Shown in pieces: positions 51,950 to 64,000 of a stretch of DNA of 64,000 nucleotides (positions within the stretch are counted from its first letter, which is position 1; every line of letters begins with the position of its first letter). Position numbers and translations under genes: made by a program. The notes beneath the pieces are model-generated. The model was not told the DNA's origin, searched no databases, and saw only the letters and a program-made list of their open reading frames with translations. This DNA is from Podarcis tiliguerta (lineage: Eukaryota). The stretch lies in NCBI GenBank assembly GCA_965153285.1, contig OZ229115.1. The stretch is one strand, 5' to 3'.

Positions 51950-52086
51950 ACATGGGGCCACCACCTTGATGAAGCTAAGTCAGTCTGTGTCTTGCACCTG
52001 GACAGAAGATCACCTGGGAACCACATGTATCCTTTTTTGGGTTCCATGATGGAAGAAAGGTGGGATATAAATTTAAGAAAATAAGT
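51950..52086 (+). mobile_element. 5S-rRNA-derived SINE with L2-type tail
   Basis: gaagctaag...cacctggacagaagatcacctgggaacc resembles the 5S internal promoter region (GAAGCTAAG...GGATGGGAGACCGCCTGGGAATAC). It is followed by ttgggttccatgatggaagaaaggtgggatataaat (L2-like end) and an A-rich tail. Confidence 0.55.
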
Positions 52087-52133
52087 AAATGCATCAACAA
52101 TCAGGTCAAAAAAATATTTCTTTCTTATCCACA

Positions 52134-52271
52134 ATAGGAATAGGAAATTTGTGCCTCCCTCATAGGCTACTATACTACAACTCTTACCATTCCTGAATTG
52201 GCTTTGCTAGATAGAGATGACAGGAGTTTGAATCAAACTACATCTGGAGTGCCTTAAGTTCCCCATCCCTG
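52134..52271. mobile_element. hAT (Charlie-like) MITE, degraded
   Basis: actacaactc...gagtttgaatc...acatctggag...gttccccatccctg terminus. Confidence 0.6.
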
Positions 52272-52927
52272 GTCTACAAGCATGTGATTTACATATTGGG
52301 AAGTCAGAAATGTAAGACTGCCATTTATACATTATATAGCATATGCTCTGGTAGAAAAAGATAACATCTGAGGCTACCTAAGTCTCTGTTTGAACACACC
52401 AAGGGACATCAGCTGCATTACTCCCATTGCACACTGTTACCTTCAGGGCATTTTTCATACTGATCAGCCTCACCCAACCCACAAATATCCATTAGATTAT
52501 TAATTAGATGTAGCTCCCATGCTAAAGAGTCAGGAACTGAAACCCCAAATTTAAAACGAACAAATAAATCCTCAAATGGCTCTTCAGGCAACCCTGAAAA
52601 ATGAGAAGGCAGTGCAACAGGATTGAGCATCAAACAAAAAATGGTAGAAATGATCACAAAGACTGTGATTATTAGTAACAGAGACAAAACATGCTGAGAG
52701 GCAGCACAATTGCTATGCCAGGAAGTCATGCCTCACCAATCTATTACAGTGCATTGAGGATGGCAACAAATAGGTGATCCAGATAATAATGTGGCGCTTT
52801 CAAAAAGCTTTTGTCACATTTTTCCACCCAAGAAAAGGATGTTAGGTAATCGTGGATTAGAAACAAATTACTTTTCCTGTATCAGCCACAGGTTAACAAC
52901 TAGGAAGGGAAGAAACATATGGTGAGC

Positions 52928-53165
52928 TTTATTTATGATTTATTGATTGCTTTTGTATCTCACCTTTTTCTCCAAGGAGCTCAAGGTGGCACACATGGTT
53001 CTCCTCCTCCTCATGTAAACCCCACAACAACCCCATGAAGTAGGTTAGGCTGATAAGCAATGAATGGCCTAAAATCACCCAGTGAGCATCATGGCTGAGT
53101 GGGGATTCAAACCCTGATCTCCCAGATCCTAGTTCAATACTCTAACGACTACACAACAATGGTTC
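52928..53165 (-). mobile_element. tRNA-derived squamate SINE with L2-type tail
   Basis: Reverse tail tttatttatg, ccaaggagctcaaggtggc, cacaacaaccccatgaagtaggttaggctg, reverse B box ggggattcaaacc, reverse A box ctaacgactacac. Confidence 0.8.
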
Positions 53166-53287
53166 AGTGGCCCCACTGTGGTACCCTCCAGATGTTTTTG
53201 TACTATCACTCCCATAACCCATGACCATTAGTCATGCTGGAACTGACAGGAGCTGGAATCTAACATCATTGGGAGAGTGATCCCTGC
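53165..53287. mobile_element. hAT (Charlie-like) MITE, degraded
   Basis: ccctccagatgtt...actatcactccca...gacaggagctggaatc.aacatc. Same family as 52134-52271. Confidence 0.55.
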
Positions 53288-54130
53288 AGTGGAGTTCCCC
53301 CAGTGAACTACTGGGACTACTTTCAACAGAAAAACACCACATTGGCTAAGATTTGAGGCCAATGCAAAATTATTCAGAGAGAGGGCAAAATCAATGATTA
53401 ACAGTTTACAGAGGAATCATGAAAAACTGGGTAATAGGTTTTGGTGTGTGTGTTTTATAGACTGGTCACAAACAATTGTCACAACAAGCCATTAGCACAA
53501 ATATGACAATTAATACGTGGTCACTTTGAGCATGAGGCTTGTGCTCTTTTGGGGTCAGGAGTCCATTGCATCCTGCTGTCTGCACCAACAAAACAGAATG
53601 AAATAGACATCTAGGTACCAGGAGGACCCATTGAAGTAGACTTGCAAGATATCAAGAGATTGGTCCTGAGAGCTTGGGTTGTTTTTCTCTGCAGGCCAGA
53701 GACTAAAATATGGTCTGTCAAAATTAGCTGGAAATTCTGGAATATTCATAGAGCCTTTCAGAGCTAGCAGCAACATATTCATGAAAGAAGGAAAGGGCAG
53801 AAAATAGAGGGAGGGGAAACAGGGGCAAAGAACCAAGTTCAATATGGATAATCAGAGCAGTGTTTCATGTCATTTCCTACCTAGTTTCCAGAGCACCTGA
53901 ACTGATGTCACATGAAACAGATAGAAACTGAAGTAGCCTGAAGAGCACATGCAACCTGTGCCAGTGACATTTACACTGGGCTACCTTGCTATGTGCTTTT
54001 CTGCAATTGTTGATTCAAGTCAAAATTTGGATACGTGTCCACGAGCAGTACTACATGAGGAAGCTAGAGACTGAATCAGAGCTGGAGCAGAAGATGAGCA
54101 AGGAAGCTGAACACTCAATGGGGAGGAGTT

Positions 54131-55066
54131 GATGATGATGATGATGATGATGATAATAATAATAATAATAATAATAATATTTATTTATACCCTGCCCTCC
54201 CCAGCCAAGACTGGGCTCAGGGAGGCTAACACCAAATAAAAAAACAATTGATTGAAATACAGCTTAAAAACAAGATTAAAATACAACATTAAAACATTAA
54301 AATGCAGCCTCATTTCAGTGGAAACTCAATCAAAAACTCTTTTAGAGATGAAAACGTCAAGTCTTCACCAAGGCTAACTATCCAGACTGGTCCTACATGG
54401 GCCAGAAAAAAGCCAGGGAAGTCCAACACAGAAGGAGAAAGGAAAAAAGAAAGAAGAAAGAGGGGGACGGAATCAAATTGATTCCAAGCCAAAGGCCAGG
54501 TGGAACAACTCTGTCTTACAGGCCTGCGGAAAGAAATCAGATCCTGCAGGGCCCTGGTCTCATGAGACAGAGCATTCCACCAGGCCAGTGTTGAAAAGGC
54601 CCTGGCTCTGGTTGAGGCTAATCTGACTTCCTTAGGGCCTCTAGGGTGTTGCTATTTATGGACCTCTGTGGTCCATAAGGTCCTCTGTGGGGCATATCAG
54701 GAGAGGCGGTCCTATAGGTACGATGGTCCTAGGCCGTGAAGGGCTTTAAAGGTCAAAACCAGCACCTTAAATCTGACCCTGTACTCCACCGGGAGCCAGT
54801 GCAGCTAGAAAAGCACTGGGTGAATATGCTCCCATGGCAGAGACCCCGTGAGGAGCCTCGCTGCAGCATTCTGCACCCGCTGGAGTTTCTGGGACAGCTT
54901 CAAGGGCAGCCCCGCATAGAGTGAATTACAATAGTCAAGCCTGGATGTGACTGTCACATGGATCACTGTGGCCAGGTCAGGGCGGGAAAGGTAAGGGACC
55001 AACTGCTTGATGCGGCGAAGGTGGAAAAATGTCGCCTTGGCTGTTGCTGTAACCTGCGCCCCCAGG
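54131..55066 (-). mobile_element. L2 LINE, 5'-truncated, about 0.9 kb, with (ATT)n(ATC)n tail
   Basis: ORF 54805..55002 PYLSRPDLATVIHVTVTSRLDYCNSLYAGLPLKLSQKLQRVQNAAARLLTG is the L2 RT C-terminus. 3' stem-loop and (GAT)8(AAT)8 at 54131-54178. Confidence 0.92.
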
Positions 55067-55501
55067 TTAACCCAGCAAAGGTCCAGAGAAGACCACGAGG
55101 CTTACATTCTCATTACCAACTCCTCCTTTAACTGGTCACCTTCTGGGTTATGATTCATAGTCGGGTCTTCTTCCTTCTCCCACATACAATCTTGCACTCA
55201 GATGAGTTCACTGCTGATGAAACCTTCAGGAAGCCAGACACACATATACCAACTCTAGGATTCCTATTGGGTTCATGCCACCTTTATTTTTAAGGGCTGG
55301 GTGACAAGGGGGAAGAATCAGGATCAAGGCTAGACTGGGCTGTGGTCTGACAAAACATCCATGAGCTGAGGCACTTTCGGCTGCTTTGGGACTTTTGTGG
55401 GTTCCTCCAGAGCCTCAATTGTATTGGGGTTCTCCGCAGGGTCCTATACCTCTTCCTCAGAGGATGTCTTTCTGAGATCTGGGTGAAGTGGGATCCTGAC
55501 A
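55067..55501 (-). mobile_element. Possible LTR remnant abutting the L2
   Basis: Starts TGTCAGG on the minus strand and shares ggagaacccca with the solo LTR at 4256-4723. No terminal CA or TSD found. Confidence 0.3.
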
Positions 55502-57720
55502 ATAGGTGAGGTCAAGAGATGATAACATGCTGCAAGCACGGAGCAAGAAACTTACAATGCACAGAGGAAATTGAAATGCTGCTAATTAAGGAAGCAGAAT
55601 ATAAACTTGAGAGACTTCATATTTTTTCTAGTCTGGTATGGATACCAAAGGCCAAGAGACACACACCTTTGCCAGTTAAGAAAAGCAGCTATTTAAACAC
55701 AGAGAGAGAGAGTAGGAGAGAGAAAGAAGGGGGGGGTGGATCCTTTCACCATAGCAAGTCCAGGAGAGAGTCTAGGATAACCTGACAGGGAACAGGCACA
55801 TCAATCAGGCAAAAGCAAGGTAGAGTAAGACTAAGGAACCCAAAAGAGCTAGCAAGAAGGTTCAAGGGATGGCAAGGAAGCTCTAAGCAGGAAGGTTGAC
55901 CAGCAGCCTCTACCTTTTTCCTTTTAGTTGGTGTTGGCCTCTGGTAAATGTTTCCAAGATCTGAGCAGCAGGAAGCTATTTCCAAGAATTTGGGAATTCA
56001 ATATTTGATGCAAGTATAGAACATCCAGTAAAAAGCAAACTTCAAACAATGAGACATAAGAATATAAAACTGAATCAAGACAGAATCAAAGGTGTCATAC
56101 AACACTAAGCAGGACCAGGAAAATAATTAGAGAGTGGCATGGGACAATGACAAAAGGTGCTAAAAATAAGGAGCCACAGTTGTGGTAGGTAGATGCTCAT
56201 TATGTGCTTGCAGAGACAATGTAGCATGACAGATCGAGAAACTAGCTTAAAGATGCAACAATATGTAAGGATTCAGAGCACTTGGAGAGCCTCCAATTCA
56301 CAAGTGTGAACAGAGAGAGCAAAGGTGCATTAGCGGAAGGCATTAAGAGGAAACAGGAGTGAGAGGAGACCAATGGCATGGCCTTGTCATGCCAAGTTCC
56401 AAACAGAATCCAGCACAGCTGGTAACAAGCTACGGACGTCTTCCCTGCAGCCTGGGGAAGCGGGCAAATGGGCCTGCGGCCAATCTGCTCCCTGTAACTA
56501 GAGCGAGCCAGTGTCTGTGTGTGTGCATTCATGTTCCGCTTGAGCTGAAGCTCGGTGTTAAATTCAATGCCTTGAGTATTGATTTCCTCGCACATGCAGA
56601 ACTTTGTTAAAGGGTTTGTTGTGAACTGAGATCAAAGGGAGGTTAACTCACTTCTCATAAGTGATAAAACAGACCTCAAGAAAAATTCTGCCACCCGGTC
56701 AATCCTCAGAGGACAGCAAGCAAGAGCTGTTAGTTACTCTTGTGTTGCCATTGTAAGGCTGCAAGCCATGAAGCTTCTGAATAAAGCTGGGATAAAAAAG
56801 AGCCCAACTCCTCACAGTGCTCTATATATCATCATGTGGAAATTCCAAAACCATCCTCACCATTTCATCTCTAATGTCTCATTCCCAAAGTGAGAGGAAA
56901 GGAGTTCATCAACTTATATCTAGGAGCTAGTAAAGGAGATGCTCTGTCCTTGTCAGTGGTGGCTTTTTAATGAAGGGTGCCTCTAATCATTGGAAATTTA
57001 TATTAAGACCGGAATACATGTCTTGTATAGCCCCTAGTACTGGCCAAAGTCAACGTCATATTACTAGGATAAATGCATCAGTCCAACCGAGTAAGTCTGC
57101 TTGGCTTTAGTTTCCTTCTTAAATATCTTTAGACAAATGAACCACATTCTATTTCTATAATTTATATAATATCATTAGTGTACACAGCACTTTTATACTG
57201 TTGCCTAATCTAAAACGTCAGTTGCCAACACCTTCGCATTGTATAGGGCAGCTTGGATCTTTTAAACAATCCAAAGCATGTTTTCAACTCTCTCTATCAC
57301 AGCTCTGCAAAAGAAGCAGCCTTGCTGGGGCAGCAAAAATACATAATCGGATAGAACAGCACTCCAGCAGAGGAGATGGGGAGAACAAGCCTCGTAAGTA
57401 ATAAAAAGGGGGGAAATAATAATGTAGGGAGATGAGCAAAGTGGAGTGAGGAACCTTGCTGGTCTTTTGTCTCTTTTATTTTTCAGCTAGATAAGCACCC
57501 TCACGCAATAGTCACACGGTATGGAAGAAGAACCAAGTTCACCAAATGGCATGGCAGAACTGACCTACTGACATGGATACTGGTGGCTGCCAGAATGTCA
57601 ACTGCCTCAAAATGGAAAACCTTAAGGGACTTGCAACTCTTGCTGTGGTATAAAAATAAGTGGATTTTAGTACTAGCTGAAAAAAGAATGCATGAATTAA
57701 GTGTCGATAAAGGCTTGGAA

Positions 57721-58070
57721 AAAGGCTGAGGTAAAACCTCAGCGCCTAGGACTTGCCGACCATCAGGTCGGCGGTTTGAATCCCCGCGGCGGGGTGCGCT
57801 CCTGCTGCTCGGTCCCTGCTCCTGCCAACCTAGCAGTTCGAAAGCACCCCCGGGTGCAAGTAGATAAATAGGGACCGCTTACTAGCGGGAAGGTAAACGG
57901 CGTTTCCGTGTGCTGCGCTGGCTCGCCAGATGCAGCTTGTCACGCTGGCCACGTGACCCAGAAGTGTCTTCGGACAGCGCTGGCCCCCGGCCTCTTAAGC
58001 AAGATGGGCGCGCAATCCCAGAGTCGGACACGACTGGCCCGTACGGGCAGGGGTACCTTTACCTTTCCTT
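57721..58070 (+). mobile_element. Sauria SINE, young, slightly 5'-truncated
   Basis: ggtaaaacctcagcgcctaggacttgccg...caacctagcagttcgaaagcac...gtgcaagtagataaatagg...gagtcggacacgact...tacctttaccttt. CpGs intact. 13-bp TSD taaaggcttggaa (57708-57720) / taaaggtttggaa (58071-58083). Confidence 0.95.
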
Positions 58071-58120
58071 TAAAGGTTTGGAAGATCCCAAAAATTTCTG
58101 TGCTGTTTAGTGGGATTTTA

Positions 58121-58145
58121 TCATACATACACACACACACACACA

Positions 58146-58179
<34 letters not shown>

Positions 58180-58180
58180 A
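58121..58180. repeat. Inverted (AC)10(GT)14 microsatellite palindrome
   Basis: tcatacat(ac)10(gt)14atga, direct reading. Confidence 0.9.
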
Positions 58181-59095
58181 GAATGACAAATACAGACGTA
58201 AAGGACTCCCTCCCAACAGTACAACATGAAATCTGGCTTTCCTAATGGTCTTAAGTATTCCAGATATAGTGTGCTGGTTTTTTGTATTTGTACTTCTATT
58301 ATTTTTATTCCATTTCTTTGTTTGACTTACTTCAAGAAAAATTATTTTAAAAACCAATCAAATCTTAAGCAATATTCAATAGGTGCTGGGAACACTTGTA
58401 TGATCACATTTGATACAGGAATTGCAATAGAAAGATTTGCTTTAGTTTAAGAGTAGTGGGAGCCTTATTTTCATGTGTACAAAAATGAAAATCTAATACT
58501 GAAAAGAGTGAGGGAAGTCTGGATCCCACACTACAAATAGGTAACAATTGCATCTTTATTGCACACAATATGTATGTGCTCTCAAACCTGAGCCCTGCAG
58601 GTTTAAAATCTCAATTGCCCCACCTTGTGTTACCATCTAGCTTCTGCCTGGATACTTTATCTGAATCAAATGCCGGCAGTGTTTATAGAGCAATTGCTGT
58701 GTGTTCTCCACTTGCACAGTGATGAAGATTTCACTTAAACTCTCAACATCTGCACATTTCAACTAAATTAGGCCATTCGCTATAAAAGAACACAATGACA
58801 GTAATGGAATAATAACAGCATTAATAAAACACAACAATCCTTGGATGAGGAGCAGATGCATTCACAAGCTTCAGAGACAGAGGGAGGGAGGGAGAAAATG
58901 AGGCTGTTTAGAAAGTCATACAATGCATATTCAGGTCTTGGGCGGGGGGTGACCAACAACAAAGACAGGGTCAGGAGAAAATTGTATTTTAACCTTACAA
59001 GAAAGTCTTCCTGACTCCAGAAAGTTCTCTTCTCACCTGAGGAAAAGGTTTCCTTGGAAAAACGTAAGTTTCTAAAGGGCATCCAAGGAGCACAA

Positions 59096-59102
59096 ACACA
59101 CA

Positions 59103-59134
<32 letters not shown>
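59096..59134. repeat. Compound (AC)n(AG)n microsatellite
   Basis: Direct reading. Confidence 0.9.
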
Positions 59135-59135
<1 letters not shown>

Positions 59136-62100
59136 GTGGGGGACCTGCAGCCCTGGAATCACATGCTGCCCTTAGTCTAACTTTAAAAGCCCTTTTCAAG
59201 CAATCAGTTTGAACCTCTGGCAAGAGGAGCTGCCAGACAAGGAACACAAGCAGCAAGGAGAGAGACAGAGATCAAAAGGGTGGCAGGAAGTGAATGTTAA
59301 GGGGTGGCCCTGCCCGCAATCACTACTAGTTTCTGGCATCATACCACCATGTGGCTCTTGAAATATCAATGTGGCTCTTGAAATATCACCTGTGAGGACA
59401 TGTGGCCACCAATAGCAAAAAACAAAAAACAAAAAAAAACACCATTGTCCTCTCCTTATCTACATTAAAGGACTCCAAATTCTACTGTTGGGAAGCCTTG
59501 TGAGCCAAACAAAATATGCAAAAGGGCAATTTGTAGTAATCTACAGGCGGTAATAAAGTTCACTAGCTGGCAAGGGTTCTTGAACTGCACTGGGCAAACG
59601 TGTAAATGCCGAAAAGGTTTATTTAGGGGGGAAATAGAATACAAAATGAGGTGCACACCACACCAAAATTGCATGGAAACTGAGTTTGAATACCAACTCA
59701 GAGATAGAAAATATTATGTCAAGACAAAATTCTGAGTTAGCAGAGCTAAAACAGAGTGAGTAATCAATTGGCAGGTAAATATTTCCACTGTCAGAGAGCA
59801 AAGCAAGTCTCCCCTTCATAGCAATAAATATCCTCCAAAATGCTGTTTCCCAAGGAATAGATTAATACCTTTTATCAGAAGGGAAATCCCAGTTTCAGTT
59901 GTAACTAATGACCAGTGAGCCAGATGAGACCCAAACTGGAAAAGGTGACTCACATATTAAAACCTGATTCTCAATGTGGATGATGATGGTGATGTGGGCG
60001 TGTGGGTTGGAACTGGCAAGTAGATAGGAGGCCAGGTGCAGTAGCTTCTTCAAAGATCCCAGATGCTTCACTTGAAACATAGCCTCAATCTGCCACCTCC
60101 TCCTTACCAATGCCAATCAATATCTCACAATTTGAATGCCTCCTCCTTCTTTGTTCCACTCTGCCATATTTTGCAATTAGGTTGCAATATCTGACCTGTT
60201 GTTTTTTTCAGTGGAATGTTCCCCAAAATGACAGACAAGCCTAATTTGCCCAGTTCATTCAGTTAATTTGCTAAATTTGGGTTTGGCATTCCAATGAATG
60301 AAGGTCTGTACCCAGTTTCCAGAAGCTTCAACAAGTTACACAATGTTGCGTTCTGATCTCTATATTTGAAGTGGTCTCACACGTTCACTTCGCCAACTAC
60401 TACTTGGCAAAGAAAGTGATTAAGGTTGTGATTTGCAGGTTATTTAAAGGAGTGGACACATGGAGGTTCGGTTATTTTAAATACTCACAGCTACCACTCT
60501 TCTCAGAAGTGAAAGGCTGAAACGTGCTTACTTTTATTCCCTTTTCTTTTATCAATGTGCTCCTTTAACTTTTATGTTCTGAATCATTCTGAAATTGCCT
60601 TTGGGTTGAACAATAACATGAAGGACATTTTGCCAGCTTCTTTGTGAATTATGAGCATGCCAAAAAACATCCCTCCAATTTGTGAACAGAGGAAATAATG
60701 GTCTCCCTCTTATCTGCCCCATCCTCTCACATAATAAAGCAGCAAAAATAAAACACGTAGAATTCTAACACTCAACATGAAGCTGCAATAATTAAACAAA
60801 CATTGTAATACATGATAATTCAGCCCAGCCAGAAAATGCACCTATCATGCATGCAGGGGTATCATAGTCCTGTTTTTTTCATACCAAGTTATCTAGTCTG
60901 GCTCAGTATTTCTGCCAATATTACCAGAAGCAGTTAGCATTGCTCTAAGGGCAATTTTTGCAAGTGTGGGGGAGAGAATATTTCACCTGTTTAGTTGCAG
61001 CTCACCTAAATGCACAAGCTGAGCGCACTATCTCTACTCATAATTTCTTAACAGAGCTAAGAGAAATGGGGGAAATGAAAGAGACCAAAGAACCAGTTGC
61101 CCAGGACACAAACAAGGTTGCAAAAATCTTTGTTGACACTACAATTTCTTCTTCCTCTGCTGATTTTTAGCCATCTCTGCTTCTCCCCTGAGGTGCCTCA
61201 GGTGATTGAATGAAATACAACCCTCAGCTCCAATAAGCGTATTTCAATTACATCTGTCAACACATAACGACGTAATGATATATCATGTGATATTAAATCC
61301 ATGGTAATCATATCAGTGATTTTTTTATAGTGTGCTAATCATGTTATTACATCTCAATAATTAACAACAGAAGATCTGGAAATCTCCGTTACTGTGCTCA
61401 TTATGTCCTATGCTGCATACGAAAAGCCCATAGGATGCCAGGAGGGCAGAGACTGGACATCTTAGGCTCATGAGGCAACTGTCAGGCACTGAATGGGAAG
61501 AGCAAGAACACACCAAGTGTGAGATGATGGTGATTATTTTTGCCTCTTGTGTCTTCTAGAATGAAGACAGACAAGTCAATGATGAGGGAGAAAAGAGATG
61601 AGCAGCAATGCTACCACTGTGTGTTTCAGACTGAAATCATCGTTAGTGGCTAGCATGATTAAATCTTAGGTTTAGGTAAGGAAGAAGCACAGCAGATAGT
61701 GACCCTCTGTGATCCCCCAACCAGTACAGATCTGCTCAGCAGCCAGGATTCTCCTCCCTTACCTGCCTATGGTAAAACTAAAGATCAACCCGATTGGACT
61801 TTTATGTGATTAAAAGGGTGGGGAACGCAAGCGTCAAAATTAATTCAGATTACAGCATATCATACCCTCCAGAAGAGGGCAACCTACTGCCTTCCTCCAA
61901 TGATCTTGTTGGAACTCGTCCTTAAACCGTGGATCAGTGCTTTATTTACATGGGAACTGTTTGCTCAGTGGGCCAATTGATCCATTCTGCAAGCAGGAAA
62001 TCATAGTCTTGGAGAGCAAGCTGAGTGCCCAGGCTGCACACTCCTAAAGTCAAGATGGCTGTAAGATGTACAGAGAGAGATACAGAGATTATGTGGTTCC

Positions 62101-62865
62101 AAATCCAAAGTGGGGAGACTTGGGGAGAATAGTGTTATTTGGGAGGTGTATTCCTAGCTTGCCTGGAAGAGGGCAAGGTATTCAAAAGTTACCTGAGGGA
62201 GAGAAGGCTACTCTCTGGCTGCAATAGAGCTTTTACACTTATCCCATTTGCAGCCTGATCAATCTAGCAGTTTCCACTCATGAGCTGATCTGAGAGAGCC
62301 TCATTACCTGCCTTAAAGTTGCAGCCATGCACTTAGCTCTTAAAGATGGGATTTCAGGAATATCTGACTGATCATTTCTCTTCTCATTTATTTCTGCTGC
62401 CCTGAACCAATTCAACCTGTAAAGTCGAAAGAGGAAGAATAAGTTGGAACATATTTGCAGAGCTCTTGCCACACTCTGCTCTTGACTTCCTGCATCCTTT
62501 TGCAAATCACCCCTACTGGACGCCATGCAAGTGGGGAGCTATGCCTACCAATTGTGTCAAAAGGTAACAAGGAATAGAAGATGCCCCACTCCATTGCTGG
62601 CGAAGGGAACAGAACACTATCAGGGAAGCCCATTGAGTCGCAATACCTGAGAATCTCTCCCAAAGTATGAAGCTTGTCACACTGACAAGACTACTCTTGC
62701 CTCAGTGAGATAGAAACTGCTAGCCTTCTGTCTGGAAGCAGGGAAAAGCAGTGTCTCTCAACCACGGGAGGCTACAAACCAAATTTAAATAAAATAAAAA
62801 ACAAGTTTTGTTTCTCAGGAACAGAATTATGGACCAGATTTTGGACTGTATAGTATGGTCATACC

Positions 62866-63031
62866 CAGTGCTTTTTCCCCCTTAAAAATGTTTAGGGGTA
62901 CTCTCATTTTGACGCAAGAAAATCACCATTTTATAGTTCAAATTGGGAAAAATAAATACGGTAAATGGACAAAAGAACAAAGATTCACAAAATGTTTAGG
63001 GGTATACGTACCCCCAGGAAAAAAAGCATTG
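62866..63031. mobile_element. hAT-type MITE
   Basis: Exact 8-bp TSD GTCATACC (62858-62865 and 63032-63039). TIR cagtgcttttt ... aaaaagcattg. Internal aaaatgtttaggggta occurs twice. Confidence 0.9.
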
Positions 63032-64000
63032 GTCATACCATTGGTCTTAAAATATCTGTACATTTCGTGTGTGTATCCAGGAAGCTGCTTTATCCTGAGG
63101 TCAGATCTAAGGCCAACCATAGTTATTTAGTGACCGATGTGGTACAACCCTCTTTTGGGCCTAAATCACTTCAGCTTTGATACAATAGGTTTCTTGTTTA
63201 AAGACCCGCATATATACACATCCAATACAAAGAGAACATTCCTTGTAAAAATCCTCCTCTCTGAGATTGTCAGACAAGACAATTAGCCATCTCTGAGGTG
63301 GAACCATTTTTGTGTAATGTGCACATAGGCAACTCACCATGCGAAAACCATGTGACAAGGGGCCTATGAAAGCCTTGCACTGTGTCAATCACAGTACATT
63401 TCATCTCATCAGCAGTTCCTCGCACTAGGAGAACAGAACCTGTAGATTACAAGTCAACAAACACAGTATCTCAGTCAACACTACAAGGATCCACTTTACT
63501 GACCGTTATTAGCACCACCTTGACATTGCCTGTGAAAAGGGTTCAGTGACAGGAACATACTCTGTTAGGGGACAGTCCACAGGAGCAGCTTCCCCTATAT
63601 ATGGGGGACTATGGCCTATCCTCGGAATGCAGCAAGAGTGGAATGCATTGTGAGCCAGGGTAGACATTAATAAAGCCATAGCCATTTCTGTGACCACAGC
63701 AGCACTTTACAAGAACTGATCCTGGTTGCCCTTGTGCAACAACCCAATTTCATAGAAACATTTCCCTTTGCAATCATGATTGAAGAGAACCTGCATCCGT
63801 ACATAAGGGAGAAACAGCAACAGTAAGTAAAGAAGAAGAACGCAATCAGGAAATGCTTCATTACTTTGTACTTTCAGTTAAAACAGGCAAAAGGGAGACC
63901 ATTCTGCTTACCCATACAAATCTTTTACATACAAGAAGTGCTGGAAAAAATATTCAAGTTGCATATGTCAATCCAGCTCCATACTTTTTTTCTTGGTCCC

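Noticed and set aside
51950-52030. Functional 5S rRNA gene
   Set aside because: Too diverged, incomplete and fused to a LINE-type tail, so a SINE relic.
12767-57518. Shared 13-mer gcaatagtcacac at two distant sites, and other 10-13-mer matches (e.g. gcctggttactc near 4065 and 4685)
   Set aside because: Matches of this length are expected by chance in 64 kb.
58780-59256. 158-aa minus-strand ORF
   Set aside because: Runs through a microsatellite (CVCVCV) and low-complexity sequence; chance ORF.
1-64000. Preceding ERI3 exon (LPGQCQYLGLPVADYFKQWINLKK) and last exon (DCKNIANIMKTLA...)
   Set aside because: Searched by eye on the minus strand and not found; presumably outside the window.

Overview
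Vertebrate genomic DNA, very likely a lacertid-type lizard (two Sauria SINEs plus squamate-type CR1, L2, RTE and MITE families). The whole window lies inside the ERI3 (PRNPIP, DEDDh 3'-5' exonuclease) gene on the minus strand. Only one clear coding exon is present: 34031-34130, AYSFAMGSWPKNGLLDMNKGLNLQHIGRPHSGI(D), the penultimate coding exon, which carries the ExoIII His. It is flanked by two very large introns, and I did not find the neighbouring constitutive exons in the window. The introns contain many TE relics (solo LTR with 5-bp TSD, hAT MITEs with 8-bp TSDs, Tigger/Tc-mariner MITEs with TA TSDs, CR1/L2/RTE/Penelope fragments, tRNA- and 5S-derived SINEs), microsatellites, and many TE-free blocks rich in homeodomain motifs that look like conserved non-coding elements. 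The most interesting signal is a pair of candidate poison cassette exons either side of the catalytic exon. One is a 33-nt microexon-like exon (42234-42266) whose first in-frame codon is TAA. The other is a 104-nt exon (2849-2952) that would replace the last catalytic Asp and stop 66 nt before its donor. Together they suggest splicing-coupled NMD control of ERI3. None of the listed ORFs is a real stand-alone gene; a few are TE remnants. All calls are by eye, with no database search.
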